The position numbers and the translations under genes were made by a program. Positions 1 through 9,984 of a stretch of 64,000 nucleotides of DNA are shown in pieces. The stretch's first letter is position 1; every line of letters begins with the position of its first letter. Origin of the DNA: an uncultured Acidobacteriota bacterium (GTDB taxonomy: Bacteria; Acidobacteriota; UBA6911); contig CAWEJX010000007.1 in the NCBI GenBank assembly GCA_963809485.1, positions 480,001-544,000 on the forward strand, read 5' to 3'. The notes under the pieces were generated by a model. The model did not search any database. It worked only from the letters and a program-made list of their open reading frames with translations, and had not been told where the DNA came from.

Positions 1-907
1 GTTGAGCCCTGCCGCGGCTGTCGAGGACCACGTTCCCCTTCAGGTTCGTAAGACGCGATTCCCCATACCGGTTGGACACGGTGAACTGGCCGGTGCAGTC
101 GCGGATCTCAAGGGAGCGATGCGTGGTGCTGAGAATCATGGATCCGTCGATATTTGCCGCCCGCACTTCGCCAAAGGAATTTCTGACTTCCACCACGGAG
201 TTTTTTGGGATCAGAACTTCCAGGTCGGTGTTGAAAACATATTGCTTCGAGCTCAGGGATTCACGGTTTGTCCTCAACACGAACACGCCGGCATCCGGTT
301 TCGCGGCCAGCTCCGCTTCAGGCTTCGCTTCAGGCTTCGCGTCGGCGGAAAGCCCGCCCTGCCCCTCCATCCCGGTTTCGAGACGGATCTCGGAAGCAAT
401 GTCTTTCGCGCGCGATTCGTCCGCATACACAACTTTTTTCAAGCGGACGCGAACCTCCCGGTCGTTTCCCGGGGTTATGGCAACCAGGCCGTAGGAATTT
501 TCAATGCGGATAGGCTTTGCAGGATCCAGCGGGTAAGTGGCTTCCTCCGTGTAGGCGTGGGAATCTCCTATCCATTGACCGGGCCGGACGGAGGTGCCTC
601 CGATTTCTATGGGCAACTCCCGGACGAAGCGGACGAAATGGCTTTCCGAGATCCTTGTCATTGCCGACCCGACAAGGAGCAGCAGGAGAATTCCAAAGAT
701 TTCCCCGATCCGGATCGAGAAGGCATCTTTATCGAGGTAGTAATCGATCACTTTTCCCAGGCCCAGCAGAATCAGCAGTACGGGCCAGTAGCGGCTGGCA
801 ACGGACCAGAAGTTGAGCCCGATCCCCAGATTCATCAGCAGGAACAGAACCCCGAAACTAATCCAGAGCAGGGCTCCCAGCAGCGATGGACGATGCCTCT
901 TTGACAT
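1..907 (-). CDS. LiaF/DUF5668-type membrane protein with DUF4097-like beta-repeat domain; runs off the left edge
   Basis: Not in the ORF track. Manual minus-strand translation from ATG 907 (GGAG RBS upstream) gives MSKRHRPSLLGALLWISFGVLFLL...RYWPVLLILLGLGKVIDY...IRIENSYGLVAITPG...VEVRNSFGEVRAANIDG, open to position 1. Confidence 0.8.
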   Translation of the reverse strand, partial: MSKRHRPSLLGALLWISFGVLFLLMNLGIGLNFWSVASRYWPVLLILLGLGKVIDYYLDKDAFSIRIGEIFGILLLLLVGSAMTRISESHFVRFVRELPIEIGGTSVRPGQWIGDSHAYTEEATYPLDPAKPIRIENSYGLVAITPGNDREVRVRLKKVVYADESRAKDIASEIRLETGMEGQGGLSADAKPEAKPEAELAAKPDAGVFVLRTNRESLSSKQYVFNTDLEVLIPKNSVVEVRNSFGEVRAANIDGSMILSTTHRSLEIRDCTGQFTVSNRYGESRLTNLKGNVVLDSRGRAQ

Positions 908-916
908 GGTTCACTC

Positions 917-1132
917 CTATGGCGCTTTGTCCGGCGCGGGAGGTATTTCCGGCCACGTGAAATATTCCACAAGCTTCTTCACTCCGATCAGGATGAAAAT
1001 GACCGGCCAGTATTTGGAAATCAGGCGCAGCGCCGAAAAGGGTGCATAAAAATTTTCAGCAAGGAAAATTACCCCGAGGGCAATCAATATGAGACCTGCT
1101 GTCAGAGCACCGGTATGAGTTCGAATGGACAT
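917..1132 (-). CDS. small LiaI/LiaF-like (DUF5668) membrane protein
   Basis: GLILIALGVIFL...KYWPVIFILIG motif; tightly packed in the operon. Confidence 0.8.
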   Translation of the reverse strand: MSIRTHTGALTAGLILIALGVIFLAENFYAPFSALRLISKYWPVIFILIGVKKLVEYFTWPEIPPAPDKAP

Positions 1133-1133
1133 T

Positions 1134-1787
1134 TCAGATATCCTCCTTCGGCCCGAAATCCTTGGGGATTGCGAGCGGACCGGAATCGCGGCTCCGCTTC
1201 TCCCGCTCCTTCATGGCCCGGTAAACCAGGTAAGCGCCCATCGCGATGAAGATCAGTGGCCACAACCGGTTCAGAAAGTAATAAGGAATGAGGTTCTGCA
1301 GAAGGAACAGGATCCCGAGAATGATCAGAAAGACACCCCAGCCGATGCTGGTCTTGTCGTGACCCGGCAGCTTGGCGGAAGCGAAACTGGCATCCAAACG
1401 TTTGCGGGCATTGGCTTCGGCGGTACGATAAGCGTCAAACATGGTAAAAACAATGAAGGCAAAAGCGCCGAAACCGAATACCCCGTTCACCTTGTTGCCC
1501 ATCATCACCAGACCGGCCCAAACGGCAAAATAGGTGAGGCCCTTCATATATTCGCTGTTGTAGACAGCGCCCATTCCGGGAATCAGGGCGCAGAGCGTAG
1601 CCCTTTTGGGAGCGTCGGCCGGCAGCCGGAGATTCTTCATCGAGGCCGCCCACTCCGCTCCTTCCGTCAGGCAGTTCTGGCAGTAGACTTTGTTTTTCAC
1701 TCTGTGCGCACATTCGGCGCACAGGGCTTTGTTGCAGAGGCTGCAAAAATCCTGGGAATCCGCTGCAGGGTGAAATGAGCATTTCAT
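1134..1787 (-). CDS. B-box zinc-finger membrane protein with C-terminal DUF5668-like helices
   Basis: N-terminal CxxH...CxxC...CxxC...CxxC; LIPGMGAVYN; C-terminal GVFLIILGILFLL...LWPLIFI. Confidence 0.8.
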   Translation of the reverse strand: MKCSFHPAADSQDFCSLCNKALCAECAHRVKNKVYCQNCLTEGAEWAASMKNLRLPADAPKRATLCALIPGMGAVYNSEYMKGLTYFAVWAGLVMMGNKVNGVFGFGAFAFIVFTMFDAYRTAEANARKRLDASFASAKLPGHDKTSIGWGVFLIILGILFLLQNLIPYYFLNRLWPLIFIAMGAYLVYRAMKEREKRSRDSGPLAIPKDFGPKEDI

Positions 1788-1902
1788 AGCAAATCTCCTC
1801 TCCGAGATCCTGTTTCTCGCTGTCTTTCCTCCGCGAACCTTCGCTTCGTTACATGCGGGCGACCCATTCGAAAACGCGAAGTCACGGGCAATATTTCTAC
1901 AG

Positions 1903-2535
1903 TCATGCCGGCAACAGAGGCAGGCCGCTCCTCTTTTCCGCTGGAGCCCGCTCTTTCCTCTGCCCGGGCTCCTCCGATTTCTTTCTTCCCTCCATTGGGA
2001 CGTCTATCCGCTCGATCAGGAAGCGCAGTTGGTTGACTGTGTTGTTTTTGAAGTAATTGAATTGGGCTTGCCACTCATTGGTTTTGTCGTAGGCCTTAAG
2101 CCCCTGGCCATAAAGCCGCTGCACGCCCCGATCCATCACCTGGAACACCTCCGCAGGAGAAATGCCCGATAATGCCGCCGGAATGCGGGGGCCGGCATAA
2201 TTTGCCAGGAGAACCACGAAGAGGGCCGCAAGGCCGGCCCCGACTGCAAACCGCGGAGTGAGCAACGGACCCGCCAGATAGCGCTTCAACTGTTCACGGA
2301 AGGACCGGCGTCTTGGACGCCCGGATGTGCGAAGCAGGATTCTGTCCACAACATCAAGGTTAATTTCAAGGGATGGAAAGCTGTGGCACAGATTGACAAC
2401 GGACCGCATTTCATTCAGCAGATCCGAGCACTGAGGGCAGGTTTTCAGGTGCTCGCCAACCTGATCCATTTGCTCCGCCGCGAGGCTCGACTCCATGTAT
2501 TCGCTCAACTGTTCCTGCACCCTTGGGCAATCCAT
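1903..2535 (-). CDS. zinc-binding (zf-HC2) anti-sigma factor
   Basis: MDC...LSEY...HLKTCPQC (HxxxCxxC) plus one TM helix; directly downstream of the ECF sigma gene. Confidence 0.9.
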   Translation of the reverse strand: MDCPRVQEQLSEYMESSLAAEQMDQVGEHLKTCPQCSDLLNEMRSVVNLCHSFPSLEINLDVVDRILLRTSGRPRRRSFREQLKRYLAGPLLTPRFAVGAGLAALFVVLLANYAGPRIPAALSGISPAEVFQVMDRGVQRLYGQGLKAYDKTNEWQAQFNYFKNNTVNQLRFLIERIDVPMEGRKKSEEPGQRKERAPAEKRSGLPLLPA

Positions 2536-2543
2536 GACGACTC

Positions 2544-3143
2544 CTAGACCGGGCTGCCCTGCTGTTGGGCACGCCGTTTCATCAACAACCTGGCCAGCTC
2601 GATACGCCCGCGGTTGATACGGCTTTTTACCGTGCCCTCGGGTACACCGAGCATGTCGGCAATCTCCTGGTAAGCCATTCCCTCAAGGTCTCTAAGTATA
2701 ATGGCCTCCTTGAGTTCGGGAGAGAGAGCCTGCAATCCTTCCTGGAGGAAGCTCGCTGCCTCCAGCTGTTCTGCCGCACGATGGGGATTTGGAGTCCTTT
2801 CATCTTTCAGATTCATGGTTTCCAATTCCTCGCTCCCTGCCGTCTGCGGAAATCTGCGGCCTTGCCGGTAATGATCGATGACCAGGTTTCTCGCCACTCT
2901 CAAAATCCAGTTCTGAAAACTTCCCGCCTCCGAACGGTAGCTCTGGAGGTTTTGATAAACTCGAATCAGTATCTCCTGAGTCAGATCCTCCGCCTCATCC
3001 CTGCGGCTCGTATAGCGGTAGCTCAGGTTATAGATACGCTTCCCGTAGGAGTTGACCAGGCTTTCCCAGGCGTCATCATCTCCTTGGATACAGCGCTCTA
3101 CAAGTTTGTGATCGCCTGAGAGCACTCGCAACTCCTTGGCCAC
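2544..3143 (-). CDS. ECF RNA polymerase sigma factor (SigW/RpoE-like)
   Basis: DLTQE region 2, WILRVARN, YQEIADMLGVPEGTVKSRINRGR region 4. GTG 3143 preferred because ATG 3161 lies only 3 nt from the putative -10 element. Confidence 0.93.
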   Translation of the reverse strand: MAKELRVLSGDHKLVERCIQGDDDAWESLVNSYGKRIYNLSYRYTSRRDEAEDLTQEILIRVYQNLQSYRSEAGSFQNWILRVARNLVIDHYRQGRRFPQTAGSEELETMNLKDERTPNPHRAAEQLEAASFLQEGLQALSPELKEAIILRDLEGMAYQEIADMLGVPEGTVKSRINRGRIELARLLMKRRAQQQGSPV

Positions 3144-3164
3144 TATCTTCTTCTCAATCATGGA

Positions 3165-3190
3165 AACGAAATTGAATGTATCAAAGTTCC
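3165..3190 (-). promoter_or_regulatory. ECF-type promoter GGAACT-N16-CGTT, probably autoregulatory
   Basis: Minus strand reads GGAACT ttgatacattcaattt CGTT immediately upstream of the sigma gene, matching the AAC/CGT ECF consensus. Confidence 0.7.
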
Positions 3191-3353
3191 AAAAAAGCCT
3201 TTTTCCCGGGTACCCGGTGTTGCACAGCCGGGTTGTTTAATGAATAAATAGCACAAAATCAGCATTTGTGCCTGCACGGATTTTCCGGCCTGCCGGCAAA
3301 TTTTGCTCGCAGTGCATAAACAAGGCCGGAAGAGCTGGAAATCTGAATGCACA

Positions 3354-3595
3354 TAATTCTATTAGTAAATCCCCGGCTCTGCCGGGGGACTCAAAGCGTT
3401 TGACAGCTCCGTATTTTGAAACGCTGAGATACGCTGACCAAAGCGCTGACAAACGCCGATCTGGTCGGCGTGGATCGGAAGCACCTAATCGGCTTTTGCC
3501 CGCGTAAGTCAGCGTTCAAGACCAGCGTAACTCCTCCAACCGCTTTGAGAGGTTCCAATCCTTCAAGCCTCCGGCTTTGCCGGAGGTGCCTGACT
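3354..3595 (+). mobile_element. non-autonomous IS200/IS605-ended element (MITE/PATE-like), copy 1
   Basis: Left hairpin CCCCGGCTCTGCCGGGGG, right hairpin CCTCCGGCTTTGCCGGAGG followed by TGACT; closely similar to three other copies. Confidence 0.8.
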
Positions 3596-3810
3596 AATGA
3601 GCGACCGGCTCGGCAGACCTTCGAAGCTTGGTGAGTTGCGGATTCGGGCTCCCAGCCTCCGGCCGCTGCACCTTCCCGCTTTTCTTTATCCTTGACCTTT
3701 GAAACAATTTCCTATTAATTCTTCCAAGATCTTTGTATTCTTGAAGTTGTGCCGCAACAAGCGTGGAGCAAAATGAGCGGCTTCCAGACCTTCAATCCAG
3801 GGCCCGCACC

Positions 3811-4269
3811 ATGAAATGCCCTTTTTGCGGATTTTTAAAAGACCGGGTGGTGGATTCGCGCGAAAGCCGCGACGGAGATTCAATCCGGCGCAGGCGTCAG
3901 TGCCTGAACTGCGGGCGTCGCTTCACCAGCTATGAACGCAGTGATGAAATACCTTATATGGTGGTGAAAAAGGACGGCGGCAGGGAAAGGTTCGACCGCA
4001 ACAAGATCCTCAACGGACTTCTCAAAGCATGCGAAAAGAGGCCGGTCAGCCTCACCCAGCTTGAGAAGATCGTCGACAAGGTGGAACAAACCGTTCAGGA
4101 AAGCCCTGAGCGCGAGCTGGAATCGGTGAACATAGGGAAAATCCTTCTGTCTGAGCTCAGACGCATCGACAAGGTCGCTTACCTCCGTTTCGCTTCTGTT
4201 TATCTCGAATTTGAGGATGTGAGCGAATTCATGACCGAGATTAATGAGCTTTTCGAAAAAAAACAGTAA
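3811..4269 (+). CDS. nrdR: transcriptional repressor NrdR
   Basis: MKCPFC...VVDSRES...IRRRRQCLNCGRRFTSYE plus ATP-cone. Confidence 0.97.
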   Translation: MKCPFCGFLKDRVVDSRESRDGDSIRRRRQCLNCGRRFTSYERSDEIPYMVVKKDGGRERFDRNKILNGLLKACEKRPVSLTQLEKIVDKVEQTVQESPERELESVNIGKILLSELRRIDKVAYLRFASVYLEFEDVSEFMTEINELFEKKQ

Positions 4270-4302
4270 CGGCGGGTGTGCCCCTGCGCGGAAGCCGGAT
4301 TT

Positions 4303-4369
4303 AAAAAGCAAACACGAAATGCACGAAATGCGCAGCAAATGATTTCGTCTATTTCGTGTCTGCTTTTTT
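4303..4369 (+). terminator. hairpin of tandem 9-mers (ACACGAAAT/GCACGAAAT and inverted copies) ending in a T-run
   Basis: AAAAGCAAACACGAAATGCACGAAAT...ATTTCGTCTATTTCGTGTCTGCTTTTTT after the nrdR stop. Confidence 0.55.
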
Positions 4370-4419
4370 GTCCCCCGGCATCGCGGCCCGCAAGCTGACT
4401 CTTTATTTATACTGTCCCA

Positions 4420-5448
4420 ATGTCAAAGAATCCGGTGCAATTCGACAGTGAAAACGAGCTCATCCGCCTCCTGCAGGATCGCTACCGGATTAAAAATCCT
4501 TTGGTAAAGAAAGGGATCGGAGACGATGCCGCCGTCCTATGCCCCAGGCATGCCGAGGAGTACTGGGTGATCACTACGGATATGCTGCTGGAAAACATCG
4601 ACTTCCGCCTTAGGTGGACGACTCCCGGCGACCTGGGCCGCAAATCGATCGCTGTGAACCTCAGCGATCTGGCCGCCATGGGCGCGCGGCCACGCTTCTA
4701 TACCGTTTCGCTTGCGCTTCCCAGGGAAATATCGCGGAAATGGATCCTGGATTTTTATGACGGGTTGACGGAACTGGGCAGTTCCATGGGGGCAATGCTG
4801 ATCGGGGGAGATTTTTCGCGCTCTGACAGCGGCATTACAATTTCTATTGCCGCCTTGGGGGAATCGCTGCGACGGAAGATTCTGTATCGTTCCGGAGGTC
4901 AGGCGGGGGATCTGCTGTATGTGACCGGGACCCTCGGCAAGTCGGCTGCGGGTTTTAGACTGCTGGAGCAAGGCTTCGGGCGGGCCCGCTCCGGGCCGCA
5001 AAAGGCAGCCGTTCAAGCGCATCAAAGGCCGGAGGCGCGCTGCGAGGCCGGGCTATGGCTGGCGCAGTCCGGCCTGGTCCATTGCATGATGGACCTGAGC
5101 GACGGTCTTTCCATGGATCTGCCGCGGATGTGCGCGGCCGGCAGCGTTGGAGCCGAAATTGATTCGGCGAATCTGCCCATATTCGGGGAATCCGCGCATT
5201 GGGGATTGGACCCATTAGAGCTTGCCCTGCACGGAGGAGAGGATTTCGAGCTGCTTTTTGCCGTTCCGGGCTCCAGGGCTGAACTGTTGAAGCGAACCTA
5301 TCCGGCGCATTTCCCCAAAATCACCTGCATAGGGAATCTGACCGGCAACGCCGGAGCGGTCTGGATCCGCGAACCGGGGAAGAAACGAAGACGCCTGAGG
5401 GAAGGCGGCTATGACCATTTTCGCCGGAGAAAGCCTGCCGATGGTTGA
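4420..5448 (+). CDS. thiL: thiamine-monophosphate kinase
   Basis: GIGDDAA, NLSDLAAMGA, GGD, MDLSDGL, GGEDFELLF. Confidence 0.96.
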   Translation: MSKNPVQFDSENELIRLLQDRYRIKNPLVKKGIGDDAAVLCPRHAEEYWVITTDMLLENIDFRLRWTTPGDLGRKSIAVNLSDLAAMGARPRFYTVSLALPREISRKWILDFYDGLTELGSSMGAMLIGGDFSRSDSGITISIAALGESLRRKILYRSGGQAGDLLYVTGTLGKSAAGFRLLEQGFGRARSGPQKAAVQAHQRPEARCEAGLWLAQSGLVHCMMDLSDGLSMDLPRMCAAGSVGAEIDSANLPIFGESAHWGLDPLELALHGGEDFELLFAVPGSRAELLKRTYPAHFPKITCIGNLTGNAGAVWIREPGKKRRRLREGGYDHFRRRKPADG

Positions 5449-5550
5449 ACTGGTGCGAGAGGTTGAGCCCGGTGCTGTCTCGTCGTACTCTTTATATAGG
5501 CGCGCAGGCACAAGCCCGATGCAATTGCCGTTACCTGGTGCGGGGTGCCT

Positions 5551-6339
5551 ATGAATGAAGAAGCGGGAGAAAGGATTCAGGAATTTTCCCTGTACGAGCT
5601 CGAGAAACTGCTGGGGTATAGCTTTGCCAACCCGGAGCTGCTCTATCAGGCCCTGACCCATCGATCCTTCGTCAATGAACATGAAGGGGAAAATCTCCGG
5701 AACAATGAATCCCTGGAATTTCTCGGGGATGCCGTCCTCGGTTTTCTGATCAGCTCCAGAATCTTCCGGCTCCATCCTGATCTTACGGAAGGGGGGCTCA
5801 GCAAAATCAAGGCATACCTGGTCAGCGCAGCCAATCTGGTTCGTCTGGCTGAGAAAATTCATCTGGGCGAATTTATTCGCCTGAGCAGAGGCGAAGAGAA
5901 GACGGGCGGCCGGACGAAACGCGCAATCATGGTGGATGCCTACGAAGCGATCATCGGGGCAATTTACCTGGATGGCGGAGTGGAAGCCGCATCGGATTTC
6001 GTATCGCGCCAGATGGATGAGTTTTTTGCAGGACTGGATCTCAAGCAGCTGACCTACGGGGATTTCAAGTCGGCGCTGCAGGAACAGCTGCACAATCTTG
6101 GCCGTCCTGAGCCCGTTTACCGTGTTGTGAACGAGATCGGGCCGGACCACAAAAAGACTTTTGTGGTTCAGGTCGTTATTCACGGGGAAGTGGTTGCCGA
6201 ATCATCAGGCACAACCAAAAAGGAAGCGCAGCAGTCCGCTGCCCGTCTTGCGCTTGAAAGCCTGGCCGCCACCCATTCCCCTTCGGACCCCGCACCGGGT
6301 TCCCCGCCCGACCCCCAATCCTCCACACCCAGCAGCTGA
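5551..6339 (+). CDS. rnc: ribonuclease III
   Basis: ALTHRS, NESLEFLGDAVL signature, C-terminal dsRBD (KSALQE...GPDH...KKEAQQSAA). Confidence 0.97.
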   Translation: MNEEAGERIQEFSLYELEKLLGYSFANPELLYQALTHRSFVNEHEGENLRNNESLEFLGDAVLGFLISSRIFRLHPDLTEGGLSKIKAYLVSAANLVRLAEKIHLGEFIRLSRGEEKTGGRTKRAIMVDAYEAIIGAIYLDGGVEAASDFVSRQMDEFFAGLDLKQLTYGDFKSALQEQLHNLGRPEPVYRVVNEIGPDHKKTFVVQVVIHGEVVAESSGTTKKEAQQSAARLALESLAATHSPSDPAPGSPPDPQSSTPSS

Positions 6340-6408
6340 CTTCAGGATCGGGGAACGCGGACCTGCGCTGACAAAAACGCCGACGGACGACGATTATCAA
6401 GAGGCGAG

Positions 6409-7878
6409 CTAGTGCGAGAAGAAATTGCCGATGCGCCGGGTCGAGGTTTTATCCGGTTTCTTGAGCTCTTCGGACAGCCTGCGCGCTTCCCTGTTTTCAG
6501 GATCCAGGCCAAGAACTTCGCGCAACTGCACTTCCGCTTTCCTGGGCAACGATACCTTTAAATAAAGCTTTGCCAGAGCCAGACGGCTTTCAATCGAAAA
6601 GGGCTCCAGCTCGCTGGACTTCAGTAGATGCTGTTCCGCGCTTTTTCTATGTTTCGGTGATTCCGACTGCGCAACTCCAAGATAGCGATGGTATCGGGCA
6701 TTCCCGGGACTGAGCCACACACAGTTTTTCAGATGCTCGATCGCCTTCTCAAAGTCGCCCCGAGCCAGGCAGGCGCGCCCTTCCCGGAAGATCACTTCAG
6801 CCTGGTCTCTGTCCGCCGGGCCGGCCGCAGTTCCGGAACTGCTGCGCTTTTCAATCGGGCTTTCATTTTTACGCCGGTTGTCATCGTAGAGTGCTCGAGA
6901 GGAGGGATTTCTGAGTGTTCCGTAGGATTCATTAATGTATGTGAATACCTGTTCGGCCTTGGCCCGCACTTCGGCTGAAAATTGCCTGGACTGATAACGA
7001 TCGGGATGATATTGCCGCGCTAGTTCGTGATACGCACCCTGTATCTCCTCGGCGCTTGCGTCCGTTGCGACACCCAGAATTTTGTAGGGATCGGCAGCTT
7101 CAAATTGCTGGAGCATTGCCTCGAGATTCTGAATTGCGGAATCGGTCTCATCGGCTGCAGCCGGCATATGGCCGGCCTTGACCTCCAGCGCCGCTTCCGG
7201 CTCTATCAGCCCAAGAAAGGCAAGACGCAGCAGGAGTTCTTCCGGCTTGACAGTGCCAGCAGGAAAAAGATTAAGCAGGTCCCCGATCTGCATTTTTTCG
7301 CCTGCCAGCGAAAAACAGTAATACTCGGCGTTATCCAGCGGCAAATTCGCCGCGTCGCGCGAGGCGTTCTGGGGGATGGAGAACGCCCGCTGATAGAAAT
7401 CAGGAGGTATCGCGGCCAGGGCATCGGAAGCTGCGCGCCGGGCAGAGAGGACGAGTATTTCCGGCAGTGCCAGATCGAGGCTCAACCGGTAACGGACAAG
7501 GTTCTCTCCGGGATAAAAGTGCATCTCACAATCAGCCCATTTCAACATTGAGGCCAGAATGGCAATCGCCTGCTCCCGCCTCGCCTGCTCGAGAATGCGT
7601 TCATCGCCATTGGAAATCTTCAGGATGGCCTCCTCGCTGGTTTTCCCGGTCTCCATCAGAGAGGCGACTTCAGGGACGGCGGCGCGCGGCAGGAGGTTCT
7701 TCAGGACTGCGATGCGCGCGAGGTGTTCCTCCGGCAGGCAGCTTTCGGCAAAGGCGAGAGTCCCCTGTTTCAGGACCAGCTGTTTTCTGGCCGATTCCTT
7801 CTGGATGCGAAAAAGGCCGCTTTTGGCGCTATCGTGCAATTCGAACAATTTATCGATCAACGGCCGGTTACATCGCAT
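6409..7878 (-). CDS. DUF4388-like / DnaJ-domain / TPR protein
   Basis: J-domain DPYKILGV...AYHELARQYHPD with intact HPD; C-terminal TPR helices. Confidence 0.85.
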   Translation of the reverse strand: MRCNRPLIDKLFELHDSAKSGLFRIQKESARKQLVLKQGTLAFAESCLPEEHLARIAVLKNLLPRAAVPEVASLMETGKTSEEAILKISNGDERILEQARREQAIAILASMLKWADCEMHFYPGENLVRYRLSLDLALPEILVLSARRAASDALAAIPPDFYQRAFSIPQNASRDAANLPLDNAEYYCFSLAGEKMQIGDLLNLFPAGTVKPEELLLRLAFLGLIEPEAALEVKAGHMPAAADETDSAIQNLEAMLQQFEAADPYKILGVATDASAEEIQGAYHELARQYHPDRYQSRQFSAEVRAKAEQVFTYINESYGTLRNPSSRALYDDNRRKNESPIEKRSSSGTAAGPADRDQAEVIFREGRACLARGDFEKAIEHLKNCVWLSPGNARYHRYLGVAQSESPKHRKSAEQHLLKSSELEPFSIESRLALAKLYLKVSLPRKAEVQLREVLGLDPENREARRLSEELKKPDKTSTRRIGNFFSH

Positions 7879-7981
7879 GGCAATCCAAAGGACATGGTAT
7901 TTATCGGCGCAGCAGGGGCGCGAATTATCACGATTTTATGGATGCCCGGGCAGATATTGGGGAAATTCGCGCGGTTTTTTT

Positions 7982-8722
7982 CTATTTGAAGCGGCCTGAA
8001 AACAGCCAGTAGCCGAGAAGCGCCAGGGTGTCGTATGCGCTGTGGGCCACGATGGGTGCAATCAGGTTCCCGCTCAACAGATATATAAGGCCGAATATCA
8101 GGCCGTAGACCGTGGCGATGAAAATGCCCTGAACCCCCTGAACGTAATGCCCCGCACCAAACGCAAGACTCCATAGGATCAGACCCACGCCCGCCCCTCC
8201 GAGATATCGGCGAAACTTGTTGAGAATGAAGGCGCGCTGTAATTCTTCCTTAATTCCACCGGCCACCAGCGCCGAAAAAATCAAAAGGGCCAGCTGCTGA
8301 GGCGTATGTATGATCTCAATGAGCGGATTGCGTTCCGTATAATACTCCGGCAGGTAGGTCCGAAGGGCAAAGGACACAAGCGCGTTGATCATGAAAAGGA
8401 CCGGGACCAGCGCAAGTCCCAGAAACAAATTGGATTTCCATCGGCTCCATTGCCATCCGATGCTGCGGATGGATTCCCTGTGAAGTTTCAGTATCAGGGC
8501 GAGAAGGAGAAAGGTGATACAGGATTCCAGCAGGAGGAAAACCGCCATAAACCGGACGTCGCTAATCAGCAGCTCGGACTTATTGCTGCCTATGGCTACA
8601 AAGGGCAGCGCTGCCAGAAAACTCGACATCAGGCCCGAGAGCAGGAAAACTTCAGCCAGGGCCTGGATGCGATCCATCCAGGACTTTCGGGGAGCGGAGG
8701 GCAGTATTGGCGCATAATCCAT
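7982..8722 (-). CDS. CPBP (CAAX/Abi) family intramembrane glutamic endopeptidase
   Basis: EELQR, FGAGH, AHSAYD motifs; multiple TM helices. Confidence 0.9.
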   Translation of the reverse strand: MDYAPILPSAPRKSWMDRIQALAEVFLLSGLMSSFLAALPFVAIGSNKSELLISDVRFMAVFLLLESCITFLLLALILKLHRESIRSIGWQWSRWKSNLFLGLALVPVLFMINALVSFALRTYLPEYYTERNPLIEIIHTPQQLALLIFSALVAGGIKEELQRAFILNKFRRYLGGAGVGLILWSLAFGAGHYVQGVQGIFIATVYGLIFGLIYLLSGNLIAPIVAHSAYDTLALLGYWLFSGRFK

Positions 8723-8728
8723 TTTTAG

Positions 8729-8757
8729 ACCCTAACAGCATGCGGCGGCAGAGTCAA
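8729..8757 (-). promoter_or_regulatory. sigma70-type promoter TTGACT-N17-TAGGGT, 6 nt before the ATG (leaderless candidate)
   Basis: Read directly from the minus strand; no SD sequence before ATG 8722. Confidence 0.55.
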
Positions 8758-8944
8758 GCCAACCGGCATTGAGGTCATTTATTTTCAGTGGTTTGCCACC
8801 GAAATGGGGAGCGCAGGCGCACAAAATCGGGGCGACGGCTGCCGGCGCTGGGGGGATATTTTTAATGAGGTTGAACCCTTCGATCGGTTTCTTCATCAAT
8901 CTTAGTGATTGGAATCAAATATGTTGCCGTGCAAGAATGAAACA

Positions 8945-9601
8945 ATGAAGAGGATCTGCAGCATTCTAATCATTCTGGCCTTTGCGTTCCCTCCGCCTGC
9001 AGCCCAGGCTTCGGGCGATGGGACCCTCCCCGAAGGTACGCGGATCTCTTTGCAGCTGAATGATCACCTGAGCACAAAGGTGAACAACGAGGGCGATTCT
9101 TTCACTACGGTTGTCATTGCGCCCGTATATCTTGGGGACCGTATTGTGATTCCCAAGGGGAGCCTGGTGGCGGGCAGCATCTCGCGCATTATCCGCCCCG
9201 GCAGGTTCAGGGGTAAAGCGGTCATGAACCTTCTCTTTCAGTCCATAAACATCCCCGGGCGCGGTCAGTTACCGATTGCGGCGTCTCTTGTAAGCGTGGA
9301 TTCCGAAGGGAATTCAGGAGTTCGCACGGAAAATACGGTTGAAGGAGAAAGCTCCGGTCGAAGCGATGCCGGCAGGGTTGTGATTCCCGGGCTGGCCGGA
9401 GCCGGAATCGGGACTCTGGCCGGTGGAGGAAAAGGCGCTGCCATAGGCGCCGGAGTCGGAGCCGCCATCGGGCTGGCGACTGTGTTATCCACCCGCGGCA
9501 AGGATCTTCAGGTTCGCAGGGGAGCCACCATGGATATCGCGCTCGACAGGCCCCTGTCAGTTCCGCTCGAGGGAGAGGGCGCGACCGCCAAAAACCGATA
9601 G
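8945..9601 (+). CDS. exported TrbI/VirB10-like beta-domain protein with glycine zipper
   Basis: Signal peptide, LPEGTRISLQLNDHLST, VIPKGS, GAGIGTLAGGGKGAAIGAGVGAAIG. Confidence 0.75.
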   Translation: MKRICSILIILAFAFPPPAAQASGDGTLPEGTRISLQLNDHLSTKVNNEGDSFTTVVIAPVYLGDRIVIPKGSLVAGSISRIIRPGRFRGKAVMNLLFQSINIPGRGQLPIAASLVSVDSEGNSGVRTENTVEGESSGRSDAGRVVIPGLAGAGIGTLAGGGKGAAIGAGVGAAIGLATVLSTRGKDLQVRRGATMDIALDRPLSVPLEGEGATAKNR

Positions 9602-9685
9602 TGCAGCTAAAAAGCCACCTTTCTTCTCTTCCCGGCGCAGCTAAATATCAAAATGTCGAACCGCAGAAGCTTGGGCCGAACTTCA

Positions 9686-9917
9686 TAATTAAATTGGTAA
9701 ATCCCCGGCTCTGCCGGTGGACTCAAAGAGTTTGACAGCTCCGTATTTTGAAACGCTGAGAAAAGCGCTGACAAACACCGATTTGTTCGGCGGGGATCGG
9801 AAGCGCCTCATCGGCTTTTGCCCGCGTAAGTCAGCGTTCAAGACCGGCGTAACTAGTCCAACCGCTTTGAGCGGTTCAAATCTTTCAAGCCTCCGGCTTT
9901 GCCGGAGGTACCTGACT
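9686..9917 (+). mobile_element. non-autonomous IS200/IS605-ended element, copy 2
   Basis: TAATT...GGTAAATCCCCGGCTCTGCCGG ... AAGCCTCCGGCTTTGCCGGAGGTACCTGACT. Confidence 0.8.
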
Positions 9918-9984
9918 TCTCGTTCATCATCCGAGATTCTGCGGTTCCAAAATTGGCAGCAACTCTGAAGCCTCCGGAGGATGC

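Noticed and set aside
290-350. Short GCTTCAGGCTTC repeats
   Set aside because: They encode an AKPE-type low-complexity linker inside the minus-strand CDS.
2-904. 300-aa plus-strand ORF
   Set aside because: Antisense shadow of the real minus-strand membrane protein starting at 907.
9717-9968. Small ORFs such as MDSKSLTAPYFETLR (also at 3268, 28378, 29908)
   Set aside because: Translations of the repeated element; frames and starts are not conserved between copies.
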